Virus record (IMG/VR): IMGVR_UViG_3300012940_000080
Span: 1-30,240 of that record
DNA: 30,240 nucleotides
Reading direction: 5' to 3' (one strand)
DNA from: a virus
Taxonomy: Duplodnaviria > Caudoviricetes
The notes under the pieces were generated by a model. The model was not told where the DNA came from. It worked only from the letters and a program-made list of their open reading frames with translations, and made no database searches. Shown here piece after piece: positions 7,455 to 15,051 of the stretch. Made by a program: the position numbers and the translations under genes. Position 1 is the first letter of the stretch. Each line of letters begins with the position of its first letter.

Positions 7455-7786
7455 TCCGCCCGCTCGTCCTCACGGACGAGATGCGAGAGGAGATGATGGA
7501 TGCCGCGCGGAGTGCAGCACCAGAGGAAGCCTGCGGTGTTGTCGCGGGCGCAGTTCTCTACCGACTTGAGAACCGAGCCACAGACCCGACGGAGAACTTC
7601 CACATCTATGCGGAGGACCTCGCTCGCGTCGCGGTACCTCACGGAGGATATGAGGGAGTCTGGCACACCCATCCGCGTGGGAGAACTACTCCGTCTCCTA
7701 CTGACTGGGCTCATCACCCGCCTGAGAAGGCGCTTATCATCGCTACTGCGACGGAAGTGAACGTCTACTATGCCGAGGAAGCGTGA
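7451..7786 (+). CDS. JAB/MPN (Mov34/JAMM) metalloprotease
   Basis: GTG at 7451 overlaps the portal stop; PEEACGVV and WHTHPRGRTTPSPTD match the JAMM motif E...HxH-x7-S-x2-D. Confidence 0.88.
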   Translation: MIRPLVLTDEMREEMMDAARSAAPEEACGVVAGAVLYRLENRATDPTENFHIYAEDLARVAVPHGGYEGVWHTHPRGRTTPSPTDWAHHPPEKALIIATATEVNVYYAEEA

Positions 7787-8675
7787 CTCGCTGAGCGCGT
7801 ACCTCCGCGTGCAGCGCGAGTTCGACCGCGAGCTCTACTCCCTGCTCAGCCGGGCGGCGTCAGACGCCGAGAAGCAGATGCGCGCGATCCTCGGAGACAA
7901 CGTGGGAGACGTGATCCGGCGAGAGCAACTGCGAGCTGCGGTGGTCGAGATGCACCGCGAGATGGCCGACATCATGGAGAGAGCCGGGCTCGCGATCCGC
8001 GCCAGCCAGCACCGAGCGGCCGCAGCTGCAGTCGACGTCTTCCTCGAGTACGAGCAGGTGCTGTTCACCGCGCTCAAGGGTGACACCGCGAGAGTCGCAG
8101 CGTACCTCGAGTCAGCTCGCGCCACGGCCTCGTACGGCATCGACGCGGCGCTGCAGCGGCTCCAGGGTCGATCCTACGTGCCCCTGTCGGAGCGTGTCTA
8201 CAACACGACCCAGCTGGCGAACGGCGTGGTCGACCGCACGGTGAACTCCGCGCTCGCTCGTGGGCTCAACGCTCGGGAGATCGCCAAGGAAGTCAGCGGC
8301 CTCATCAACCCGAACGTCCGCGGCGGCGTCTCGTACGCGGCGATGCGACTCGGTCGCACTGAGGTGAACAACGCGTACCACGCGGTCCAGGTGCGCACCG
8401 CGCAGACGACGCCTTGGGTCACAGCCGTGCAGTGGCTGACGAGCGGGTCACACCCGGAGCCCGACGAGTGCGACGAGTACGCGAACGACGTGCACTTCGA
8501 GGGCGGCGCCGAGGGCTACTTCAAGCCCAACGAGGTCCCGGCCAAGCCGCACCCCAACTGCCTGTGCTACACTGTCCCAGTGACCGTCGACGAAGACACG
8601 TTCCTCGACAAGTGGGCGGCGGGCGACTACGACTCGTACCTCGCGAGTGTCGAGAGTGGCACTGTGTACGCGTGA
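7770..8675 (+). CDS. MuF-like minor head / head morphogenesis protein
   Basis: AMRLGRTEVNNAYH, W...HPEPDECD, PKPHPNCLC-type motifs (PAKPHPNCLC). Confidence 0.85.
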   Translation: MPRKRDSLSAYLRVQREFDRELYSLLSRAASDAEKQMRAILGDNVGDVIRREQLRAAVVEMHREMADIMERAGLAIRASQHRAAAAAVDVFLEYEQVLFTALKGDTARVAAYLESARATASYGIDAALQRLQGRSYVPLSERVYNTTQLANGVVDRTVNSALARGLNAREIAKEVSGLINPNVRGGVSYAAMRLGRTEVNNAYHAVQVRTAQTTPWVTAVQWLTSGSHPEPDECDEYANDVHFEGGAEGYFKPNEVPAKPHPNCLCYTVPVTVDEDTFLDKWAAGDYDSYLASVESGTVYA

Positions 8676-8701
8676 GCGCGGTTGCACTATCACATTAGCC
8701 G

Positions 8702-8712
8702 TGTTGTATAGT
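8702..8712 (+). promoter_or_regulatory. Candidate late promoter TGTTG-TATAGT
   Basis: AT-rich intergenic gap before scaffold/capsid genes; shares CCGTGTTGTA with the copy at 4233-4242. Confidence 0.55.
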
Positions 8713-8753
8713 TGCATCGTCAGTACGACGACATGACCGGAGGTCACAATCTC

Positions 8754-9458
8754 ATGAGCCGGAGGCACCGTACCTTCCGCCTCTCGGATGGCACGATCGT
8801 TCGTGACATTCTGGGAGCCGAGGGCGGGGATGAGGACAACGACGAGGACGAGGACGAAGACGCCGACGCCGGAGGCGACGACGACGAGGACGAGGACGAG
8901 TCACCCGAGCAGACGATCGAGCGCCTGCAGGCCGAGCTAGCGGAGGCCACTCGTGGCCGACGACTCAGCGACCGCCAGCGCAAGAAGCTCGAGCGCGAGC
9001 TCACCGCGGCCAAGGCCGAACTCGCTGCGGCGAGGTCGGGCAAGGACGAGAACGAGGAGCTGACCGAGGCCCGCAGCAGGATCGCGGAGCTCGAGGCGCA
9101 GCTCGCCGAGCGGAGCGCGAAGGACGACGAGTCCCTCATCCGTGAGGCCTTCCGTGACAGCGACCTGTTCGCCTGGCACAACCGCACCACAGCCTTCAAG
9201 CTGCTCGACCTCAGCGACATCGAGGTCGAGGACGGTGAGGTCAGCCTGGAGGACCTGGAAGAGGCCATCAAGAAGCTCGCGAAGGACCACCCGTACCTCG
9301 TCAAGACGGCCGACAAGGCCGAGGACGACGAGGACGACGCGGAGGACGAGCGTCCGAAGCAGTCGGGTGGCACGTTCAACGGCCGCCGTTCCAGCAAGAA
9401 GAAGGGCAACGAAGCCGTCCTCAAGAACCGCTACAAGGTTCTCGGGACTCGCGGCTGA
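8754..9458 (+). CDS. Capsid scaffolding protein
   Basis: ATG at 8754 after GGAGGT; acidic N-terminus, coiled coil, IKKLAKDHPYLV motif; precedes capsid genes. Confidence 0.85.
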   Translation: MSRRHRTFRLSDGTIVRDILGAEGGDEDNDEDEDEDADAGGDDDEDEDESPEQTIERLQAELAEATRGRRLSDRQRKKLERELTAAKAELAAARSGKDENEELTEARSRIAELEAQLAERSAKDDESLIREAFRDSDLFAWHNRTTAFKLLDLSDIEVEDGEVSLEDLEEAIKKLAKDHPYLVKTADKAEDDEDDAEDERPKQSGGTFNGRRSSKKKGNEAVLKNRYKVLGTRG

Positions 9459-9498
9459 CCCTGCCCGCACTCGCACCCCCGAAAGAGGTGAAGACACA

Positions 9499-9897
9499 AT
9501 GCCCCGTTACGACAAGTACGAGCCGTACGCCGGAGGCTTCCGAGCGCCGCTGAACGCGGCCATCGCAGCCGCCGACAAGAACAAGCTCTATGCCGTCGGA
9601 CTCAACAACGCGGGTCGTGTCGTCATCGGTGGCGGGCAGACCGGGATCGTCGGCGTGCTCATCGCCCACGACGCCCGCGCTGCCGGTGAGCCGGTGGACG
9701 TCATGACCGCGGGCGACATCGTGGAGCTCGACACGAGCACCTTCAATCCCGGTGTCGTCTACTACGGCCAGGCCGACGACGGCTCCATCGACACGGACAG
9801 CGCCGGCGCTCGCGTCGGCTTCACGACCGTCGACACGAACGGCAAGCTCATGCTCGTCGTCCGCATGGCCCCGGTCGACCAGGTCGGAGGTGCCTGA
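9499..9897 (+). CDS. Capsid decoration / minor capsid protein
   Basis: ATG at 9499 after GAGGTG; ~132 aa, Gly/Val-rich beta protein between scaffold and major capsid. Confidence 0.75.
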   Translation: MPRYDKYEPYAGGFRAPLNAAIAAADKNKLYAVGLNNAGRVVIGGGQTGIVGVLIAHDARAAGEPVDVMTAGDIVELDTSTFNPGVVYYGQADDGSIDTDSAGARVGFTTVDTNGKLMLVVRMAPVDQVGGA

Positions 9898-9899
9898 TC

Positions 9900-11075
9900 A
9901 TGAACACGCTCATCAAGCAGGACCACGAGGTCATCGACTACGAGGCGCTCGGCCTCTTCGTCGACCTCTTCGGTTCGGGTCGCGGCATCAGCTCCGCCGG
10001 TGACATCATCACGTCGACCACCGACGGTGTCGACCTCAACACGCTGTGGGACGAGTTCCAGGAGACCCTGCTCCTCTGGAACGCGGGCCGGCAGCGGATC
10101 GTCGACATCCTCACCTACCCGGTCACCGACCTGGTCGAGGAGGAGCCGTCGGTCGAGGGCGACGACTTCGAGGAGGCGTCGGAGTTCGGCGTCGCGCAGT
10201 CGATGCGGCCCGAGATCGACTACACCTACCTCGGGTACACGTTCAAGTGGTACGACAAGGCGTCCCGCTTCACCTGGAAGTTCCTCGCGGACGCCCCGGC
10301 GAACCGGGTCCAGGCGCAGCACGCGCTCGCCCTCGAGGCCGACAACCGCCTCGTCTTCCGGGAGGTCATGAAGCGTCTCTTCTCGAACGTGAACACGACC
10401 AACAAGGAAGGTGTGCCGGTCAAGGCCTTCTGGAACAACGACGGCACCACGCCGCCGGCGTTCGCGGGCAAGACGTTCACGTCGTCGCACGACCACTACC
10501 TCGTGTCCGGCGCGACCACGGTCGACTCGGAGGACGTCGAGCAGCTCATCGACACCATCGCCGAGCACGGCTACGGTCCCGCCCAGGGGTCCCAGATCGT
10601 CATCCTCGCCAACAAGCAGGAGGTCGACAAGATCCGGGCGTTCCGGGCGAACACGGTGAACAACAACTCGAAGACGGCGCTGTACGACTTCATCCCCTCG
10701 GCGGGTCAGCCCACGCTGATCCTCCCGTCCAACGGTCTCCTGGGCTCCCTGCCTCCGGCGACCTGGAACGGGCTCGCCGTGGTCGGGTCGTACGGGAACG
10801 CGCTGATCATCGAGGAGTCGTACATCCCCGCGGGCTACCTCGTGGCCTTCGCGACCGGCGGGCTCGCCAACCTCGGCAACCCGATCGGCTTCCGCGAGCA
10901 CGCCAACCCGCAGATGCGCGGACTCCGCCTCATCAACGGCGACCGCGCCGGCTACCCGATCATCAACTCGTACTACCAGCGCGGGTTCGGGACCGGCATC
11001 CGGCACCGCGGCGCGGGTGCGATCCTCCAGATCAAGGCCTCGGGCTCGTACACGGCGCCGACCCAGTACAGCTGA
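9900..11075 (+). CDS. Major capsid protein
   Basis: 391 aa, syntenic position, strongly biased codons, FEEASEFG motif. Confidence 0.88.
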   Translation: MNTLIKQDHEVIDYEALGLFVDLFGSGRGISSAGDIITSTTDGVDLNTLWDEFQETLLLWNAGRQRIVDILTYPVTDLVEEEPSVEGDDFEEASEFGVAQSMRPEIDYTYLGYTFKWYDKASRFTWKFLADAPANRVQAQHALALEADNRLVFREVMKRLFSNVNTTNKEGVPVKAFWNNDGTTPPAFAGKTFTSSHDHYLVSGATTVDSEDVEQLIDTIAEHGYGPAQGSQIVILANKQEVDKIRAFRANTVNNNSKTALYDFIPSAGQPTLILPSNGLLGSLPPATWNGLAVVGSYGNALIIEESYIPAGYLVAFATGGLANLGNPIGFREHANPQMRGLRLINGDRAGYPIINSYYQRGFGTGIRHRGAGAILQIKASGSYTAPTQYS

Positions 11076-11097
11076 TCCTGACACGGAGGGACACGCC

Positions 11098-11433
11098 ATG
11101 AGTCGAACGATCGACTTCAGCAAGCCGCTGACCGAGGACGAGGTCAAGTACCTCGAGGCGCGGGGCATCCCGATCCCGGAGGACGCAGTCCTCCCGGGTG
11201 ACGAGGCCACGGCCGAGCCGAAGCCGGCCGACACGGTCGACTCGGGCGAGACCTCGTCCGCAGACGGGTCGGAGGGCGCCGATGCGGCAACCTCCGAGGA
11301 GGACGCGGAAGACGCTCAGACGGGCACCGAGCCCGCCGAGGGGTCAGCCACCGACGAGACGCCCGAGGAGGCTCCGGCCGAGCCGGAGCCGGCTCCCAAG
11401 CCGGCGGCGCGGAAGCGCACCGCCTCCAAGTAA
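11098..11433 (+). CDS. Acidic low-complexity hypothetical protein
   Basis: ATG at 11098 after GGAGGG; IDFSKPLTEDEVKYLEARG head followed by a disordered acidic tail. Confidence 0.75.
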   Translation: MSRTIDFSKPLTEDEVKYLEARGIPIPEDAVLPGDEATAEPKPADTVDSGETSSADGSEGADAATSEEDAEDAQTGTEPAEGSATDETPEEAPAEPEPAPKPAARKRTASK

Positions 11434-11446
11434 GCGACTCACCAGT

Positions 11447-11484
11447 GTGGAGCCCGGCCGGCCGTGATACCGGCCGGGCTCCAC
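11447..11484 (+). terminator. Strong hairpin after the capsid module
   Basis: GTGGAGCCCGGCCGG/CCGGCCGGGCTCCAC, a 15-bp perfect stem. Confidence 0.75.
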
Positions 11485-11501
11485 TCACATAGGAGGACAC
11501 G

Positions 11502-11828
11502 GTGGCTCTCTCTGCAGACCAGCAAGCACAGGTCGACCAGCTCAAGAAGCTCCTCGGAGCGGCGGTCGGCAACTACACGGACGACCAGCTGTGGGCGCTC
11601 ATCGTCGCAGCCGGCGGGTCGCTCAACTCGGTCGCGGGTGACATCTGGGGCGAGTACGCCGCCAGCACCGCGACCCTCATCGACATGAAGGAGGGGTCGT
11701 CGACTCGCAACCTCGGCGACCTCTATGACCAGGCGCTCAAGATGAGCGCGCACTTCAAGAACCTCGCCGACGGCGACCTCCTGCCCATCGTCCGCCCGTC
11801 GCGGACGCGAGCCATCGAGAGGCCATGA
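11502..11828 (+). CDS. Head-to-tail adaptor
   Basis: RBS AGGAGGA; helical 108-aa protein; YTDDQL motif; syntenic position. Confidence 0.7.
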   Translation: MALSADQQAQVDQLKKLLGAAVGNYTDDQLWALIVAAGGSLNSVAGDIWGEYAASTATLIDMKEGSSTRNLGDLYDQALKMSAHFKNLADGDLLPIVRPSRTRAIERP

Positions 11829-12193
11829 TGGACGAGCTCACGGTGAACCGCGAGCTGACCGCAGCATTCATCGCTCGACGCCCCGTCACTCTCACTCTCA
11901 CACCCCGAGTCGAGACGAGCGACGGCGCCGGCGGCAAGACGAAGAGCCTCGGGACCCCGCGAGCTCCCCAAGTGTTCTCCCTGCTCGAGCCTAGCGACTC
12001 CGGGTACCGAGAGCCGGCTGCGATCGAGGAGGGCCGACAGTCGTCCATCGACTTCATGCTGCTCGGAACACACGACGCGATCATCGGCCTGTACGACGTC
12101 TTCACCTACGACGGCCGGGAGTACAAGGTCGTCGAGCTGATGCCCGACAACGGGTACGAGAAGCGGGCTCTGGTGATGCGTCATGGCTGGTAG
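11825..12193 (+). CDS. Head-to-tail stopper
   Basis: ETSDGAGG, DVFTYDGREYKVVE; beta-rich SPP1 gp16-like pattern. Confidence 0.7.
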   Translation: MMDELTVNRELTAAFIARRPVTLTLTPRVETSDGAGGKTKSLGTPRAPQVFSLLEPSDSGYREPAAIEEGRQSSIDFMLLGTHDAIIGLYDVFTYDGREYKVVELMPDNGYEKRALVMRHGW

Positions 12194-12554
12194 CTACGGC
12201 AAGTTCGAGTGGAAGGATGGGACCATCGTCACCAACCTCCAGAAGCTCCCGGGCCGCCTCGACAACCTTGTCCGGTCCGTGGTCGAGTACTACGGCTCTC
12301 GCGGCCCCGCCTACATGCGCAAGAACGCCAAGTGGCGGGACCGTACGACGAACGCACGCAACGGCCTGCACACCGTCACGTTCCACACCGCGAACCAGCA
12401 CGGCATCATCTACGCGCATGGCGTGAACTACGGCATCTGGCTCGAGGTGCGCTTCGCGGGCCGGTACGCCATCATCATGCCGACCATCAACGACCAGGGC
12501 CCGCGAGTCATGGCGATGCTCGAGAAGGGCATGGGGAGGATCTCGTCATCATGA
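12183..12554 (+). CDS. Neck / tail-completion protein (HK97 gp10-like)
   Basis: NAKWRDRTTNARNGL, HGVNYGIWLEV, YAIIMPT motifs. Confidence 0.75.
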   Translation: MAGSYGKFEWKDGTIVTNLQKLPGRLDNLVRSVVEYYGSRGPAYMRKNAKWRDRTTNARNGLHTVTFHTANQHGIIYAHGVNYGIWLEVRFAGRYAIIMPTINDQGPRVMAMLEKGMGRISSS

Positions 12555-12934
12555 GAGCGGCCACGTTCACCCTGCTGTCCACCGACGCGCAGCTCCTGAG
12601 CCTCGGGATGACCGCGGCGAGCTTCCTCGGTACCTCCGCTGCAGACTCTCCGGAGATGCGCCCGTGGGCGATCATCAAGTGGGGGCAGAGTACCCCCGCG
12701 TTCGGCCTCACGGGGGAGACCGCACTCGAGGTCTGGTACTACGACGAGCCCGGCTCGTACGTGCGGATCAACAAGCTCATCGAGCGGACGAAGTCCCTGC
12801 TCCAGGACGCGGTGCACGTGCAGGGTTCCGACGGTGACGAACTCACCGCTGCACGGTGGGCGGGAGACAGCCCGGAGCTGTACGACGACGTCTTCAAGTG
12901 CATCACTCGGTACACCAGCTTCACTGTAGTGTGA
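12551..12934 (+). CDS. Tail terminator
   Basis: ATGA-coupled start at 12551; ~127 aa; position and pattern (PWAIIKWG, LEVWYYD). Confidence 0.7.
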   Translation: MRAATFTLLSTDAQLLSLGMTAASFLGTSAADSPEMRPWAIIKWGQSTPAFGLTGETALEVWYYDEPGSYVRINKLIERTKSLLQDAVHVQGSDGDELTAARWAGDSPELYDDVFKCITRYTSFTVV

Positions 12935-12969
12935 TCCGGATACAATGGGACTGAAGAGAGGAGACCGAC

Positions 12970-13257
12970 ATGGCAGCGAAGAAGCCCGAGCCTGGGCCGA
13001 CCGAAGCGATGGTGGTCGAAGAGGAGCCCACGGTCGAAGAGCCCGTGACGGCGCCGAAGCGCGAACTGACCTCCGTGAAGTACGTGGGCACCGCAGACGT
13101 CAAGCGGATCACGGTCGCGGACCTCGCGGCGCAGAACGTCGAGGCCAAGATGGACCTGCGGTTCGACCGCGACAACGACTTCACCGTCTCGGTGAAGGAC
13201 ATGACAGCCGCGACGCTGGACTACCTGCGCGCGCAGCCCGACTTCCGCATCAGCTGA
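12970..13257 (+). CDS. Hypothetical protein
   Basis: ATG after GAGGAG; VKYVGTADVKRIT; 95 aa. Confidence 0.75.
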   Translation: MAAKKPEPGPTEAMVVEEEPTVEEPVTAPKRELTSVKYVGTADVKRITVADLAAQNVEAKMDLRFDRDNDFTVSVKDMTAATLDYLRAQPDFRIS

Positions 13258-13442
13258 TGCAGGAGCTCCGGTGTCCCTCCAAGAAGCACGGGGAGCTGAA
13301 CCTCGATGACGGCATCATCGAGGTCAAGTGTGACTCGCGCTTCTGCAAGGGTTCTCCGGATGTAGTGGTGATCCACCAGTTCGACAGCAAGACCGGCGAG
13401 CTGGTGTCCACCAAGAGGTACCGAGAGATAAGGAGAAAGTGA
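13257..13442 (+). CDS. Small zinc-ribbon-like protein (resembles Mu Com family)
   Basis: TGATG-coupled start; ELRCPSKKH...IIEVKCDSRFC; 61 aa. Confidence 0.65.
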   Translation: MQELRCPSKKHGELNLDDGIIEVKCDSRFCKGSPDVVVIHQFDSKTGELVSTKRYREIRRK

Positions 13443-14251
13443 TGGCACTCACCGTCACCCCCCTGCCGTTCGGGCTTCGCGATATCAAGATCACGCCGTA
13501 CACCGACGCGGCCGGTACGATCCTCGCCACCACGAGCATCGACCTGCCCAACGCACGCACCCTGAGCTTCTCGGACTCCGAGGACTTCGAGGAGCTGCGC
13601 GGTGACGACCGTCTCGTCGCGTCGCACGGTTCCGGCCCCCAGGTCGAGTGGGAGCTCGAGAGCGGCGGCCTGCCGTTCGAGGCTTTCAAGGCCATGGCCG
13701 GCGGCACCATCGAGGAGTCCGGATCGACTCCCGCGCAGAAGAAGGTCTTCAGCAAGAAGGCGACCGACATCCGGCCGTACTTCCAGCTCGAGGGTCAGGT
13801 CATCTCGGACAGCGGGGGCGACGTGCACTGCGTCCTCTACCGCTGCAAGGCGACCGGTGAGCTGTCGGGCGAGTTCTCCGACGGTTCGTTCTTCCTCACT
13901 TCGGCATCGGGCGTCGCGCTCGCCGTGCCGAGCGGCGCGAACGAGGACAAGATCTACGACTTCGTCCAGAACGAGACCGCTGTAGCGATCCCGACCGCGG
14001 GCCCCCTGCCCACGATCTCGACCGTCACGCCGAGCGGTGCTGCCGAGTCGGAGACCGTCACCATCGTCGGCACCGGCTTCACCGGCGCCACGGCTGTCAC
14101 GTTCGACGGCGACGCGGGGACCAACCTCAACGTCGTCAACGACACCGTTCTCACCGTGGACCTCCCCGCCGGCAGCGCCGGCTCGGTCCCGGTCGTGGTC
14201 ACCACGCCGGCCGGCGACTCGTCGCCGTTCAGCTACACCCGCGGCGCGTAA
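13442..14251 (+). CDS. Major tail (tube) protein with C-terminal IPT/TIG Ig-like domain
   Basis: LPFGLRDIKITP, ELRGDD; C-terminal PTISTVTPSG...VTIVGTGFTGATAVTF...FSY. Confidence 0.9.
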   Translation: MALTVTPLPFGLRDIKITPYTDAAGTILATTSIDLPNARTLSFSDSEDFEELRGDDRLVASHGSGPQVEWELESGGLPFEAFKAMAGGTIEESGSTPAQKKVFSKKATDIRPYFQLEGQVISDSGGDVHCVLYRCKATGELSGEFSDGSFFLTSASGVALAVPSGANEDKIYDFVQNETAVAIPTAGPLPTISTVTPSGAAESETVTIVGTGFTGATAVTFDGDAGTNLNVVNDTVLTVDLPAGSAGSVPVVVTTPAGDSSPFSYTRGA

Positions 14252-14278
14252 GCGCTGCTACAAGACAGGAGCACTAGG

Positions 14279-14818
14279 ATGCCGTCTTCAACTCAGCCCC
14301 AGGTCCCCGAGCCCCAGGGATACACCGACCCGAAGTACGCGCCCACGAAGTGGGGCTCGACGACGGGCGTGGTGGAGGACCTCCAGACCCCGAGCGGGCA
14401 GTGGTGCCAGGTGCGCCGGCCCGGGCCGCAGGGCCTCATCGAGGCCGGAGTGATCCACTCGCTCGACGCGCTCACGGGCATCGTCCAGAACGACCTCATT
14501 CCGAACGCCGAGGGGAAGCCCAAGGCGGACGTGAAGAAGGTCATGGCCGACCCCGAGGCCCTCGCCAGCATGATCCACGTCGCGGACCGCGTGGTGTGCC
14601 ACGTCGTGCTGCAGCCCAAGGTGGAGATGACCCCGAGCGACGTCACGCGTCGCAAGCCCGGTGTCATCTACGCCGATATGATCGACCTCACCGACAAGAT
14701 GTTCATCATGAACTACGCGATGGGAGGCACCCGCGACCTGGAGCGATTTCGTCAGGAATCCGAGGAAGCTGTGGGAGGCCTGGACACTGTCGAAGCAGAT
14801 GGGAGTGAGACCGAGTGA
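14279..14818 (+). CDS. Tail assembly chaperone (G-like)
   Basis: Between tail tube and tape measure; RBS AGGAG; LQTPSGQWCQVRRP, IYADMIDLTDKMFI. Confidence 0.85.
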   Translation: MPSSTQPQVPEPQGYTDPKYAPTKWGSTTGVVEDLQTPSGQWCQVRRPGPQGLIEAGVIHSLDALTGIVQNDLIPNAEGKPKADVKKVMADPEALASMIHVADRVVCHVVLQPKVEMTPSDVTRRKPGVIYADMIDLTDKMFIMNYAMGGTRDLERFRQESEEAVGGLDTVEADGSETE

Positions 14819-15047
14819 GCTTCACGCGATCCACGACGAGTTCGCCGCGTACTGCTTCGACCGAGCAGTAGCGACCTGGGGAACCCACGTAGAGCAAGCA
14901 GTCCAACAGAAAGTAGAGGCAGCTAAGACACGGGCGGCTGCTAAGAGGGTGGTGAAGAGTACGATGGACAAGTACCTGTACGCTGACCGCCCTGCGTCCG
15001 CCCCGGGTCGCTTCCGCGACCCGGTCCCGACGATGACGAAGGGGTGA
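14748..15047 (+). CDS. Tail assembly chaperone frameshift extension (T-like), probably reached by +1 shift
   Basis: The +1 frame is open from 14712 and reads FVRNPRKLWEAWTLSKQMGVRPSEL...; no good RBS at ATG 14799; the -1 frame closes at 14808. Confidence 0.7.
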   Translation, partial: FVRNPRKLWEAWTLSKQMGVRPSELHAIHDEFAAYCFDRAVATWGTHVEQAVQQKVEAAKTRAAAKRVVKSTMDKYLYADRPASAPGRFRDPVPTMTKG

Positions 15048-15051
15048 GTCC

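Noticed and set aside
8830-8900. GACGAG-rich repeats
   Set aside because: Acidic low-complexity N-terminus of the scaffolding protein.
12920-12946. Possible promoter TTCACT...TACAAT before 12970
   Set aside because: Good -10, but only a 15-nt spacer and it matches neither recurring promoter class; left uncalled.
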